Shown here: positions 1 through 13,225 of the stretch, in pieces
Numbering within the stretch: the first letter of the stretch is position 1
Layout: each line of letters opens with the position of its first letter
Assembly: GCA_951406725.2 (NCBI GenBank)
Contig: OX597818.1
Coordinates: forward strand, 141,422,001 to 141,486,000
DNA: 64,000 nucleotides
Direction: 5' to 3'
Origin: Octopus vulgaris
Taxonomy: Eukaryota
The notes under the pieces: model-generated
What the model was told of the DNA's origin: nothing
The model's database searches: none
Seen by the model: only the letters and a program-made list of their open reading frames with translations
Program-made: the position numbers and the translations under genes

Positions 1-310
1 TACGATTATAGATAAGAACCAGGGCTGAAAATTCTGAGCCCGAGACAGGATCGTGTGAACGATGTCGCGAGAACGTCTTCTACAGTTGATATCTTTTGAC
101 TTAGGACATCTCTAAGACGCCCACCAGGTGCTGAAGCAAAATAAATGAAACTGCAAGCAGACTAAATAAAAGGAGCCCGAGTTATTGGTCGCAATTACAT
201 ACTTGAAATCAGTGCTGGCAGAAATTAAACCCGCTTGCAAATACACGTTCACTTTACTAAATTTATACTCGGGTTAAGCCCGAAAAGCTCCGGTGCCGGA
301 GTCGCCATTG

Positions 311-365
<55 letters not shown>

Positions 366-445
366 TGTGTGTGTGCGTATGAATGTATGCATGTATGTAT
401 GTATGTATGTATGTATGTATGTATGTATGTGTGTATATGTATAAG

Positions 446-730
446 AGCACTTTGTCGGTTATGACGACGAGGGTCCCAACTGGAACGACCCAAGGAACAG
501 CTTGCTCGTGAAATTAACGTGCAAGTAGCTGAGCACTCCACAGACACGTGTGCCCTTAACGTAATTCTCAGAGAGTTTCAGTGTGACACAGAATATGACA
601 AGGCTGACCCTTTGAAATTCAGGTACAGCTCATTTTTGCCAGCTGTGGGGACCGGAGTAATGTGAATAAAGTGTTTTGCTCAAGGACACAACGCGTAACC
701 GGGAGTTGAACTCACGACCTTACGACCCAG
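446..730 (-). mobile_element. tRNA-derived SINE, diverged copy (family B tail, CORE-like centre)
   Basis: Shares the 'ctcgtgaaattaacgt...gagcactccacagacacgtg' tail with 36493-36870; B-box-like 'gagttcaactcc' on the minus strand near 710. Confidence 0.75.
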
Positions 731-738
731 GCGCATTT

Positions 739-785
<47 letters not shown>

Positions 786-807
786 CGTATATACATTACT
801 ACATACA

Positions 808-838
<31 letters not shown>

Positions 839-2236
839 CATACATACATACATACATACATACATACATGCATACATACAGACATACATGCATATCTGCA
901 TGAATTTTTCTCTGCGTCTATTTGTCGACTTGTTCCTGTTTGAATTAAGGCAGAGTGGAGGAAAACGGATATAATACAGAAGTTTTAGGCAATTATATAT
1001 CATAGAACCTGACATTACCCTTTATTGCTACTCCGAGTTTCGTGACACCTCGCCGATCATACAACTCAACCTTTGCTTTGTTAGACAACAAATTTAATCT
1101 ACTGATGAACCCAGACCTTGTTGAGTCGCAGCATTCGATTAATGCTTGAAATAATGAATCAATGTAAATGAATCAAAGTCAGTTATGTTAGATATTTTAT
1201 ACTGATATAAATGGCACAAACACTTGAATGGCACAGTGTCTCAACTTATATCTATATCTAATGAGTTGTTCTCATGTTAGACACTCTTTCTAATTCGAAT
1301 TGCTCTACTGTAAATACTATTTTGCAACTTATTGTACTATTTCAATTACTTTTATTTCCCTATTGGCAAATGTTTCTTTTTATCATTTATATAAAATATT
1401 TATCTGAATTAAATTAGAAATTTTTTCTTGCAGTAACATTTATTTTGTATATATCTTCCATACGTTTTAAATTTCATATTATTTCCCATTTTCCGAAGTC
1501 ATATTTTATTTAATTTCACATATTTTCTATCTATCATATTGATATTAAATGTTCGCAATCTATAATTGGATTAAATCTTTCTACAATATATATATTTTTT
1601 TTTTTTTTGCAGAGGAGTTAAACAATATTGCATGTTTTTATGATTTCATTTCTGAAAAATTTTTAATTTCCTTTTTGATTTAAAATAATTTCATTTTTCG
1701 TTTTTACCTTACATTTTTTGTGTGATTTATTTTTAGATTCTAAATTAGATTTTTCGCGTGCCGTTCATTTTAGTTTTTAATTATATTGCAAATATGAAGG
1801 CAGCCATTTTTTTAAAGCTAATAATCACTAACCATGAAGATTCCGCAGAAATCGCGATATATCTCAACTTGCAACATGTTCTTACAACAGTTCGAAACTG
1901 TGAAATATACAAACAAGTCAACAATATCTTGAAGACCATGTTATTCTTCTGAAATTATTGGTATTTCACCACACTCTAAGTAGATATTTCGAACCAAATG
2001 TTATTCAATAAAATAAAGATGAACAAGTAGCAATGTTTGAAACTCAAGCTATTTATAGAACCCGATCAGTATGGTCAAATATGCAGAATAGTAATATTTT
2101 GCTGATGATAACGATCAAAATAGTTTATCTGACAGTTATTAACAGAACACAGAAGTTTAAATTGTAATTCTATTGCATCCTGAAAATCTTGAGTTTCACT
2201 ATGGCTCGAAGCAAATTAGCTGCAGGGTGTTAGTTA

Positions 2237-2301
<65 letters not shown>

Positions 2302-2809
2302 CATTATCTTTTAATTTATTTCAATACCTTATATTTTCTGGCCAAAGTTTTCCAATTAAAGGTTGTCAACGACCATTTATACGGAGACTATTGCAGTTCC
2401 GAGACAGAAAAATTAAATGATTCGAAGGGTCAGAAAAATAATTTATTACCAACAGCAATTTTGTAAAATAAAAGTTTTTTTTTTATACTTCTCATTTAAG
2501 ACTGCATGCTTTAATATCAACTAAATGTGTAAACAGCTACAGGCATATGAATTCTATCTGAAGAATTGATGGCCGTACAAGATCGTTAGAGTTTCTGCAA
2601 GAAAAGAAAAACAAACAATCAGTCAAATAAAATCATTACAAATAAAGAGAGAAAAAATAGTCTTTGTAAAACAAACATGAGTTTGTAAATCTTATGAAAA
2701 TACCACTTTCAATATTACATCGTTTATCATTTATTTATTCAAATGTTTTTGTTTCCTAAGTGATAGATTTTTCCCTTCTACCATACACATATATAACTAT
2801 AAAAATATA

Positions 2810-3008
<199 letters not shown>

Positions 3009-3399
3009 GTTTGCACACATACTGCTTGCTTAATTTTTTTATTGGAAATAAATTCTGTTCAGATTTTATAAATGGAAATTATGTGAATAAATCGGTTTTT
3101 AAAGAAATACATTTTCTTTAAGCAGACATGTTTGTTTAAATGAATACATTTGATCACCTATTTGCAGTAATAACATTTAGTAATGACAGCATTGCTTTTT
3201 AATCGACAAAACGCTTATTTTGTTTTTCGCTTTGTTTTTCTTTGTTTTGTTTGTTTATTGGTATTTTGCACAATTTCTATACAAGCATCTGTTCACCAAC
3301 GTAAATAAACTTAACGCAAATAATCAATTTTCTCTTCCCATTTAAATCCAAAACTTGATCCAGGAAAGAATACGGAGAACAAAAAGACGAAATAGAAGC

Positions 3400-3423
3400 A
3401 TAATGGTGATGGTGATGATGATG

Positions 3424-3456
<33 letters not shown>

Positions 3457-3488
3457 TTAATAGTAATAAAAATAATAATAATATTATT

Positions 3489-3532
<44 letters not shown>

Positions 3533-3615
3533 TAATAATAATAATAATAGTAATACTAATAATGATAATAACAATAATAATACTAATAATAATAACAATG
3601 ATGATGATGATGGTG

Positions 3616-3687
<72 letters not shown>

Positions 3688-3700
3688 GCAATAATGATAA
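3400..3700. repeat. (TAA)n/(TGA)n microsatellite
   Basis: Direct reading; source of the poly-I/poly-L pseudo-ORFs. Confidence 0.95.
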
Positions 3701-4310
3701 ACTAAAATACCCATAATATCATAATAGCAAAAATGTACATAAATATCTTCCCATCTCGTATTTCAGTATTTTATTTATTTATTTATTTATTTATTAATTC
3801 TGTTGTTGCTTTATTTTTTTATTCTTTCTCTTCTTTCTCAGCAGACAATCTAGCTAATAGTTGACAATAGAATTTTTTGAAAACATTCTCTGGTGAAATG
3901 GTTTATTATCGGTTACCTGATTAAATCATCTCAGGTGGAAACTAAAAATGACAATTTCTGTTAAGTGAGACCAAAAGTAGGAAAATTAGTTTTCATTTTT
4001 GTGTCTTTCCTTAAACATAATTTATCATGTGTATTTTGTCATATTTATTTTGTGTTTGTATTTATTTTTGAACACTACAGCACTGAGCTGTTATTACTTG
4101 TCCTAAAACATAATTCTACGCCGTGTATCGTTGTTCGTCTTTGTCTCATGCTGCTTTGGTAATAAATATTAATGCAGAATAGAATTACAGTGATCTCTAA
4201 AGTTGGGGAGTTGAAGTTCAAATATGAAGGCTTTTGGTAACATGAAAGGCCAGGTGAGGATTACACACACGCACATATATACATATACATATATATATAA
4301 ATATATATTT

Positions 4311-4465
4311 TTTTCTCTCCTTGTTTTTTCTGTGTCCCTTTCTGTAGAAGAGCGTAGGCTCGAAACGTAAAAGACTTTTTCGATTCCTAATCGTTATACT
4401 AATACATCTGTTTGTTTTGTACATCACCTGCCTTCGTCTTTTGTCTTTTTCGTAAACTCTCCCTA
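4311..4465 (+). mobile_element. Short dispersed repeat with minimal hammerhead-like motif (Penelope pLTR-like), copy 1
   Basis: Homologous by eye to 43880-44055; contains CTTT-CTGTAGA-A-GAGC(GTAG)GCTC-GAAA-CG-TA-AAAG at 4338-4373; flanked by (TA)n. Confidence 0.6.
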
Positions 4466-4533
4466 GATATATATATATATATATATATACATATATACAT
4501 ACATGCATATATATATGTATGTATGTTTTTATA

Positions 4534-4565
<32 letters not shown>

Positions 4566-4740
4566 ATTAGGGAATAAATCCAAACTTACAGGGAAAAATT
4601 AGATTTAGGATTAAATCCAATTTTATAGTATAAATATATTATATTATATTATAATAAATTAGAGATAAAACCACTATTAGGCAAATCAAACTGTGGAAAA
4701 CTGTTATATATATATATATATCTGCATGTATGTATGTGTA

Positions 4741-4955
4741 CAGTAATCCGTCGCCATATCGCGTTTCACCTATCGTGCACTCAGTACAATCATCAGTACA
4801 GGATTTTTCAGGCCAATATATGTAAATTTATATTGCGGACTCCTAACCATATTGTGGGTTTCTGCGACCGATAGGTATTTATATTTTTGTTAAATTTTAG
4901 TTATTTCTGTGGGGAGTTTTGGAGCGTAACACCTGCGATAGCCGAAGGATTACTG
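4741..4955. mobile_element. pogo/Tigger-type MITE
   Basis: TIRs CAGTAATCC...GGATTACTG with further imperfect pairing inward; TA on both sides. Confidence 0.75.
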
Positions 4956-5399
4956 TATACACGCTTACATATATGTATACATATTTGAAATGTCGATGTT
5001 GCTTTTAATCACCAGGTCAGTCATTATTGACCAAGCCTATTAGGAATGCATTTCCAACTGTAACCATCCAACCTTGTTTTTAGCTATAATAATATACAAA
5101 AAACCTGTAACCTAAAGTGTTGTTTATGATTTCAGACATTTCAGATGGAGACACAGCAACCAGAATCTTTCAGTCACAGAAAACAACCATCGATCAGAGT
5201 CAACAAGGAGGTTTCAACACCTACCGGAATATCCACTTGAATTAAATACATACATTGAAAGATGATAATGTCAGTGCTGATGGCATTTTCAAAATTTAAT
5301 AAAATCTATGAACAGAATTTAATTTTTTATGATAGTCTGTTTTCAAATTGATGACAGTTCTCTTCCAATCAGCACTGATAACGTGAAGCAATGGAATCA

Positions 5400-6100
5400 C
5401 ACAATGTCACGCAAAATTTATTTGGTGTTGTGCACATATTTGTTTAATGGTTGCTCTCATTTCGTCGACTGTTTCCGTTTTTGAACTGGTTTTGAACAGT
5501 CGGCGAATTATAACGGAAAATATCTTTTTCGAGTACCCCGGTCGATAAAAAAAAAGTTGAGGGGTGAGAGATCCGGTGAAACCGGAAGGTATTCTACTGA
5601 ATCTCTTTGTCCAGCTCATCTGCTTGACAAAATCTCAGTTAAATGAGCTCGTACATTATGATGGGGATGTATGTGGCCCTATATTCAAATACAAGATGGT
5701 GGCCCAGGATGAAGTTAGGTCAGCTGTTGATTTGACTAAGCACTCTGGAACATTAGAAAGTCGAAGAACTTCTAGCATCCCTTGAAAGCAGGTTCCTTCT
5801 ATACTCCCACACCACTGACATTACAGTTTTGTTTATCAGCAATTGTTCGGCGTATCCTTCAACTCCATTCTTCCCAGTTGTTTCTTCTGTAGTGATGATA
5901 TTATTACTTTCAGAATGGTCTTGCAACAGTTTAAACATGCCGTTTATATATTTTATACCTTAAGTTCTAGCATGCTATTAGATAGGTTTGTTGTATCTCT
6001 GCCAGAGTTAACAAGTGTGGTATGCTACCATTCCTATCGAGAGCTTGCATCCGAAAAAATATATATTATGAAACAAAAATAAAAACAAAATTTATTACAC
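5400..6100 (-). mobile_element. Degraded R4/NeSL-type (RLE) non-LTR retrotransposon, RT region; may extend to ~7170
   Basis: Minus-strand remnants 'GYAEQLLINKTV' (cf. GCKEQLLI), 'MLEVLRLSNVPECLVKSTADLTSSWATIL' and 'GSLTPQLFF' (cf. GDSLSPLLF); many frameshifts. Confidence 0.6.
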
Positions 6101-7199
6101 GAATCTGTTACCACCACGACAGTCAACTATTTGACGCCAAACACGAGTTTGATGTTGAATACATCCACGAATTTTCCGCTCGGATAGCTCTTCCCAAGAC
6201 TGCAAGACGGCTTCGTGCAATTCATGCCTCGTTGTAGGGTTTTTCAGTTCAACTTTATCGGCCAAACTTTAAAAATGCCTTCATCTAATGGATTCCACGT
6301 GTAAACATGTGTTGAATAGAACTCACTGAATAAATCTTAATTAACTGTGTTGTCAATTGTATGCACCTGACATATGCTAACGTGTATGCAGCCAGACTTT
6401 TCACACAGAGAATACATTTTGGTTAAGATAATATTGGTAAGATACGTTAGCATCTTGTGCCACTGTCTAACAATCAAAATCTCTTCCAGGTATTTTGCCT
6501 TTCCTGAAGTTTCTGAATTATTGTCACAGAGGTATCACTGTCAATGCTGTATATCCTGGGTGTAACGCAGGGACAATAATTACTTCAAATTTCTTCTAAC
6601 CATGGAACATCTCCGATAACCCTCAACTCTTCGGTCTAGATTCAAAGTCATAAGTATTTTTTAAAAAAATTTATTAATGGAATATTTCCCCGTTATATAA
6701 CCCTGAGCACTACAATAATGATCGTTGTGGCTGTGCCTGGTATTTCACATAGTCACAGTAAAGGGACAGTATGCTTTTAACCATTTCATATACCTAACAG
6801 CGGGGTTTTGTTTTTTCTCTTTTATAACAGTTAAATAAGTCATTATTCAGTTTACAATTCCAGAAAATACTTGTTTTGTAGTTAGGGTTTCTTCTATAAC
6901 TACAGCTAGAAAGAATCTGTTTAATTGTTGAGCAGCTGTTTTCGTTTTGTTCCTCGGCTTCGTTGTTGTTGATATTGTGTCCGTCCATGTTGTTTGCAGT
7001 AACTCTCTGCGTGGTAAAGTCAAGTTTCAGTGGAAAATTACTACGATCTTGTTTAAAAGGCTTCTGCAGTTAATTCATGTAAAGATTAACCAGTTATTTA
7101 ATACGGCTGATAGTTGTGGCTTCAAAGTCGGAGAAACTATTCATTGTATTTTCGATAAATAATTTCCCAAGACAAATATGCGAATTGTTACAATGAGTA

Positions 7200-7665
7200 A
7201 GTATGCATGTATGCATGTATGTATGTATGTTCGTTTCTATGTGTGTTTGTTTGTTGTGTGTATGTATGTATGTATGTATGTTTGTATGTATGTATGTATG
7301 TATGTTTGTTTGTTTGTATGTGTGTATGTATGTATGTTTGTTTGTGTGTTTGTTTGTATGTGTGTATGTATGTATGTATGTTTGTATGTGTGTATGTATG
7401 TATGTATGTATGTATGTATGTATGTTTGTTTGTTTGTATGTGTGTATGTATGTATGTATGTATGTTTGTATGTTTGTATGTGTGTATGTATGTATGTTTG
7501 TTTCCATGTGTGTTTGTTTGTATGTGTGTATGTATGTATGTTTGTTTGTATGTGTGTATGTATGTATGTATGTTTGTTTGTATGTATGTATGTATGTATG
7601 TATGTATGTATGTTTGTTTGTATGTATGTATGCATGTATGCATGTGAATATGTGTGTATGTATGT
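7200..7665. repeat. (TATG)n/(TTTG)n compound microsatellite
   Basis: Direct reading. Confidence 0.95.
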
Positions 7666-7953
7666 ACTGCATGAAACGAATGGATGCGGCTCGTTGTGCT
7701 CTGATGATTTGGCTGACTGGACATTGAACCTGGTTAGGCGTCAGTGCTTTTTGGCACTGAAGGCAAATATACGCGAGCAGCATATAGAAATATAGACAAA
7801 CTGACGGAAAATGTGAAACGGAGAGAGGGAGACAGAATGAGAGAAACATTAATACGTCTGATATTGAATATCTCAGCCTCGTTCAGCTACGGAGACCAAA
7901 GAGGCCGCACCAAAACGTTTGTGTCAACAATCTTATACTTGTCCACGTGTGTA

Positions 7954-9188
7954 TACAAGGTGGTAGCAACAAGTTCCCGGACTAGTTCTGTAGCGCACCA
8001 ATAGATGGCAGCACACAGTTGCGTGCACAGTGAGAGCTGGCAGTGACCTTCATAAGGCAGTGTGCCGTGTGGAACCACAGATTTTACTTCGCAAGTTGTG
8101 AAATTTGTGTTTTTGTGCTTTTGCTGTAGCCTACTATTTTGTCATGGACAGGAACAAAGAGCCAAAGTGAAATTTTGCATTAAACTTGGGAAGTCTGCTT
8201 CAGAGATATTGAGCATGCTTCTCCACGCTTACGGCGACAAGGCAATGGCTCGTATGCAATGTTTCGAGTGGAGCGGGAGCTTCAAAAGCAGAAGAGCCTC
8301 CCAGGAAAACGATGAGCGATCAAGAAGACCTGTCACGGGTGTTACCCTAGGAAATGTGGAGAAAATTCATCACCTTGTGCATACTGATCTTTGGAGGACA
8401 ATCAATGACATTGCTGTTGTTGTTGGTCTGTTGTCTGGGTCCGTCCAGGCAATCCTAACGTCTGAAATGAACTAGTTTTCCTGTTGACCACTGAGCAGAA
8501 AGAACACGGCGTCAAAATCTGTCAAAATTTCTGTTAACGTGCCGGTGATGAGCCATCCTTTATATCGAGGATCATCACCGGTGATGAGAGTTGGGTCTAC
8601 GGGTACGACTCTGAGACGAAGCAGCAGGTGTCACAATGTTAGAGACCTTCATCTCCACGACCAAAGAAGGCACAGCAGAGCTGCAGCTCAATGAAGACTG
8701 TGCTAATCGCTTTTCTTTTTTCGATATCTGCGATATTTTGCATCGAAAATTCGACTTCCATAGCAGACCGTCAATTGAGACGTTTTAAAGCATTTGAGAG
8801 AGGATATTTGTTGAAAGCTTCGGAGCTTTGGGGCGCGAAGTATTGGATTCTTAACGACAACAATGCAGCCTGTCACCGAGCTCTCCTTCCACACCTGTCC
8901 TATTCACCAGATGTAGCACCTGCGGAATTCCATTACTTACCCAAGAGGAAATTGCAGCTCAAAGGTCGTCGTTTTAACACCGTTGTTGAGATCAAAATCG
9001 AATCGCCGAAGGTCCTAAATATGCTTTCGGAAGATGACTTCCAAGCCGGATTGAAAAAGTGGCAGCAACGCGGGAACCGGTGTATTGCTGTACAAGGTGA
9101 CTATTTCAAAGATGATGTTAAAAGTTAGTTAAATAAGTTATTTTTTTATTAGACATAACTAGACTGGAACTTATTGATATCACCTCGA
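7954..9188 (+). mobile_element. Mariner DNA transposon, near full length, transposase pseudogene (irritans-like by inference)
   Basis: Imperfect ~32-bp TIRs (7954-7987 and 9157-9188); motifs EQRAKVKFCIKLGKSASE, ENDERSRRP, IITGDESWVYGYD, NDNNAACH, HLSYSPDVAPAEF; stops and frameshifts. Confidence 0.9.
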
Positions 9189-9944
9189 AGATGTATTCCG
9201 AGACTGTGACAGAAGCAAACATTGTACAGTGTATATTGTTGTATTAGGATAAGACTAAGCGCCATTGATTTTGATACTGTGTATGTAATAAATATGTTTT
9301 ATTACTTACTACACTTAAAATCCACACTCACAAACAGACACGCGCACACAAACACACGCACACACAAACACACACACGCATACATTCACACACACCCATA
9401 CGCACGCAGACACATGCACACGTTGTATTGTTATTATCTGTATATACAAATACGTATGTATGCATTTATGTATGTTTACATCCATTTATATATATGTGTG
9501 TGTGTGTGTGTGCGTGTGCGTGTGTGTGTGTGTGCGTGTGCGTGTGTGTGCGTGTGCGTGTGTGTGTGAGTGTGTGTGTGTAAGTATATATATATATATA
9601 TTTATATATGAACATATCGAAATAAAGAGATAATAAGAAAGAGACAGAAGAGACAATATAAAAGAAAAGGAAGATAGCGTGAGCGGAAGACAGAGGCAGG
9701 ATCAGAAATGGCGAATGACAAGAATATCTGCAATAAATAAGAAGGTCTTTACGTAAACACTATAAATCTGTTTCTGTTACACTGTCTTACTTCGAATCGG
9801 GTAAAATCCCTGGATTAATTCCTCTGTGGATTAATTCAACTCTCCCTTGTATACACTCCCAAACCGCATGCACCCATTCTTATAAAAGAATCATTTAATA
9901 AAAATAACTATACCATTTGACATACACCCAAACAAATACGCATA

Positions 9945-10042
<98 letters not shown>

Positions 10043-10879
10043 CGTACACGCGGATCTACGGTGGGTTATATTATCAGAACTACATGATTTGTAGCAAGAA
10101 ATCTTTTATGATCGGGATTAAAGCAAGCATCTCCAGATTGATTCCAGAACCAGTATATTTCGGGTTGGATCATTGAGTTAGAATATTGCTTTGCTTATTT
10201 TTGTCTCATAACGCAAATAGTGAACTATAGCGTCGTTGGATTTATATTCCAAAATGCCACAGTAACAATAACAATTATAAGAACAAAGTGAAGAGGAATA
10301 AAAGAAATGATCTACATTGATACTTGGCTGGATAATTGTAGGAAACTCATTCTGCAGATTGCATATACACTAGGATATAACAGATACGCATTATGTCGAC
10401 TGTAGCGGGAAGGGCTGTAACGATAATAATGATTTGTAACATTGGTAAACGAAGATATAGTTGTCTAAATCGCTTCTCATAAGTAACTACTACCTAAGAT
10501 TTAGTGGAATTTTGGTAGGTTTGGGAATTTAAACGGAAAAATACTTAAACACAAATTTGGTTATTCTTCCAAGTACTTTGTCAATCTGACTCTGTAGTCA
10601 AGCAATTAGATTATAAAAAAAAGTTTACAAGGCCACATATTAGGAATGGTGATGATTAATAAAATAGATATTAATAATAGACAAACATCTTATTTTGTCA
10701 CACGAGGATGAACTCTAATTATGGTTCAGATGTTATTGAACACACAACGTTATGAAACGTAACTTGAAGCCAGATGGAAACTTTACAAATCATTTTGACA
10801 TTTTGCCGTACCTGACAAAATGACTTTCGGCAAGTCGAGGGCATCTGTGCAATAGAAAACACATTTCGGCTCAAGTGGG

Positions 10880-11080
10880 CAATAATATTTGTTTTAAATT
10901 TTAGCAGAAGGCCAGCAATTTCGGAGAGGAGGATTCGATCGATTACAACTAAACTAGAACTTATTTTATTGATCCAGTAAAGGATGAAAAGCAAAGTCGG
11001 CTCGGGGAAATTTAAGTTCAAAGCATAAAGACTAAAATATTATACCCGGAATGCTAACGATTCTCTCAGTTTGCTGACCT
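10880..11080 (-). mobile_element. Degenerate SINE family C
   Basis: 'aaggatgaaaagcaaagtcggctcggggaaatttaag' is the reverse complement of the family C centre. Confidence 0.6.
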
Positions 11081-12373
11081 ATTAGAATTTGTGGTGCTTC
11101 TTACTAACAGATAAAATGCTAAAGAAAAAACACTAGCTCATATAACGAAACACCTGGGAAAGTAAACACACATTACATGAACCCTCAAGATCAGAAACAC
11201 ACTTTTTCTATCATAAAACAGCTATCCGATGCTAGGAAGCCTCCACCTATGTAATTATTATGTATCTGTTTGTTCTATGTCCAAATTTCGCTCCATAAAG
11301 GTATCAATAATAGTAACTACCCCATTAGATTTGTTTTTAAATCAACAGCAACATGAGCCTACACTGGAGTCTCTGCGTGTTCGGGTTTTGACATGCTTGA
11401 GATAACTGCCAAATCTCCCTGAATTCAAATTTTATTATTTTCAATAATGTAACCCGTATTACTTGCAAGAGAAACGTTAAGCTTGTTGTATAATTAAGGA
11501 TCACGTCTCATGACACAGATGCTTCGAGAAATTTAGAAAGGGAGGTTACTCTATAATCTTTCTAGCAAAGGAGATCATTCAACTATCTAGCTACCGCTAT
11601 ACAGATATAACGGTATACAATAATGAAAATAACAAAAATTTATACATCATAAAATGTCAAAATCTGATGAAAACAGAATGCAATAAATACAATATTTCAG
11701 GTCCAAAGTGAAAAAATCAACGTTCAAAATTTAGTAACGTATGTGTGTGTGCATGCAATACAGAAGAAGAGAAAATTGTGCATCTCGGAAAACAGGCTCC
11801 AAGGAAGTGCATAGCGAACAGTATTTATTCCAGTGAGTCCGAATAACAGGCAGTCAACTTTCTATTTATAACGTGACCATCCAGGGGTCTAACAGAGTTA
11901 AGTTACCTCTTACAAGGGCGCGGTGAGCATGAGAAAGCAACCGAAAGGTATGGTATATGGTGCATATGTAAAACAGGGTGAATGCATGCAAGTATGTGTG
12001 CGAACATTGAAACAATTTTACAGATATGCAGAATATTCGTAAAAAGAAAATATATACCTGAATAGATGTTCTGAAAAATTAAAAATTAAGTGATATACTA
12101 AACTAGGCAAATGCAAAGAAAAGTGAACAAATTCATAAAAAAGCAAGCAACAGAAATGCCAAACTAGGCCCAAGCTAAGGAAAATTTCCAGTTAATGGGC
12201 AAGTAATGCAAGCTTTTAGGAAGTCCTCAGAAATTGAATCTAACGACGCGAAAATACGTAAAGTTCATGATATGTTTATAGTGCACGCATACTAAGAGTG
12301 AAAACAGTAGTGCAAGACATTGTCAAAGTACATGCAGGAAAATTCTTCTGAAAAAGTTTAGTACACCGAAAAG

Positions 12374-12920
12374 TTAATGTCTGTTCTCAGCATGTTGGCA
12401 TGGAAATAATTTTCTTTTGCCCTTGTTTATAAGTTGTTTATAATTTTAAACTTTAAAGGTATTTTAATATGCTGCCACTTTTGATGAAATTTTTTCTGAA
12501 AAGATTTTATCCTGTATTAGTAGTAGATTTATTACCATTCACATAGGGATTGGTAACCACTATAAGCTGTGGTTAAGAATAGTTCACACGTGGGCTGAGG
12601 CTGGCTAAAGGATTTTACAGTTAGATATAACTGAGGTACTTAGGTGTACACATGACTGTTGCTTGTGCTTTTTTCCATGGGTGTTTGTAAGTATTTAATT
12701 TATTCCTTATCGTATTTTCTACTGAAGAGGGAAGAATTCATAGGATTAATCCCGAAATTGATTCAATATAGAAATAACGAACCTTTTTAAAATATTCAGT
12801 TGGCTAGCTTTCACTCGATCTATAGTGAGTGTAAAATGAAAGTGTGAAAATTGACGATTTAATGTCTGTTCTCAGCATATTGGCATGGAAATAATTTTTC
12901 TTGTTCCCTTGTTTATAAGT

Positions 12921-12923
<3 letters not shown>
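12374..12923 (+). mobile_element. Non-coding 485-bp unit with ~64-bp terminal direct repeat and a hammerhead (retrozyme-like or non-autonomous Penelope-like)
   Basis: Direct repeats at 12374-12437 and 12859-12923; internal type I hammerhead; followed by (TA)n. Confidence 0.65.
12710..12780 (+). ncRNA. Type I hammerhead ribozyme
   Basis: Stem I TTTCTA(12716-21)/TAGAAA(12769-74), extended by TCGT/ACGA; core CTGAAGA (12722-28); stem II GGGA/TCCC; GAAA (12754-57); stem III ATTG/CAAT; cleavage triplet AUA (12766-68). Confidence 0.8.
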
Positions 12924-12958
<35 letters not shown>

Positions 12959-13087
12959 ATGAATAAAAAAATGGAGTTAACGCAGGTGTAATCAAATATT
13001 TTTACTTTCGATACATGTGAGATTTTTGCTGCCCTGGTAAATATTTTTTTTTTCCGTGTTAATTGTTAACAAGGTAAAAATACACTC

Positions 13088-13141
<54 letters not shown>

Positions 13142-13174
13142 AGAGAGGGGATAGATAGATAGATAGATAGATAT

Positions 13175-13225
<51 letters not shown>

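Noticed and set aside
1096-1142. CTGATGA followed by a weak stem, possible hammerhead
   Set aside because: No GAAA (CGCAG instead) and a mismatched stem II.
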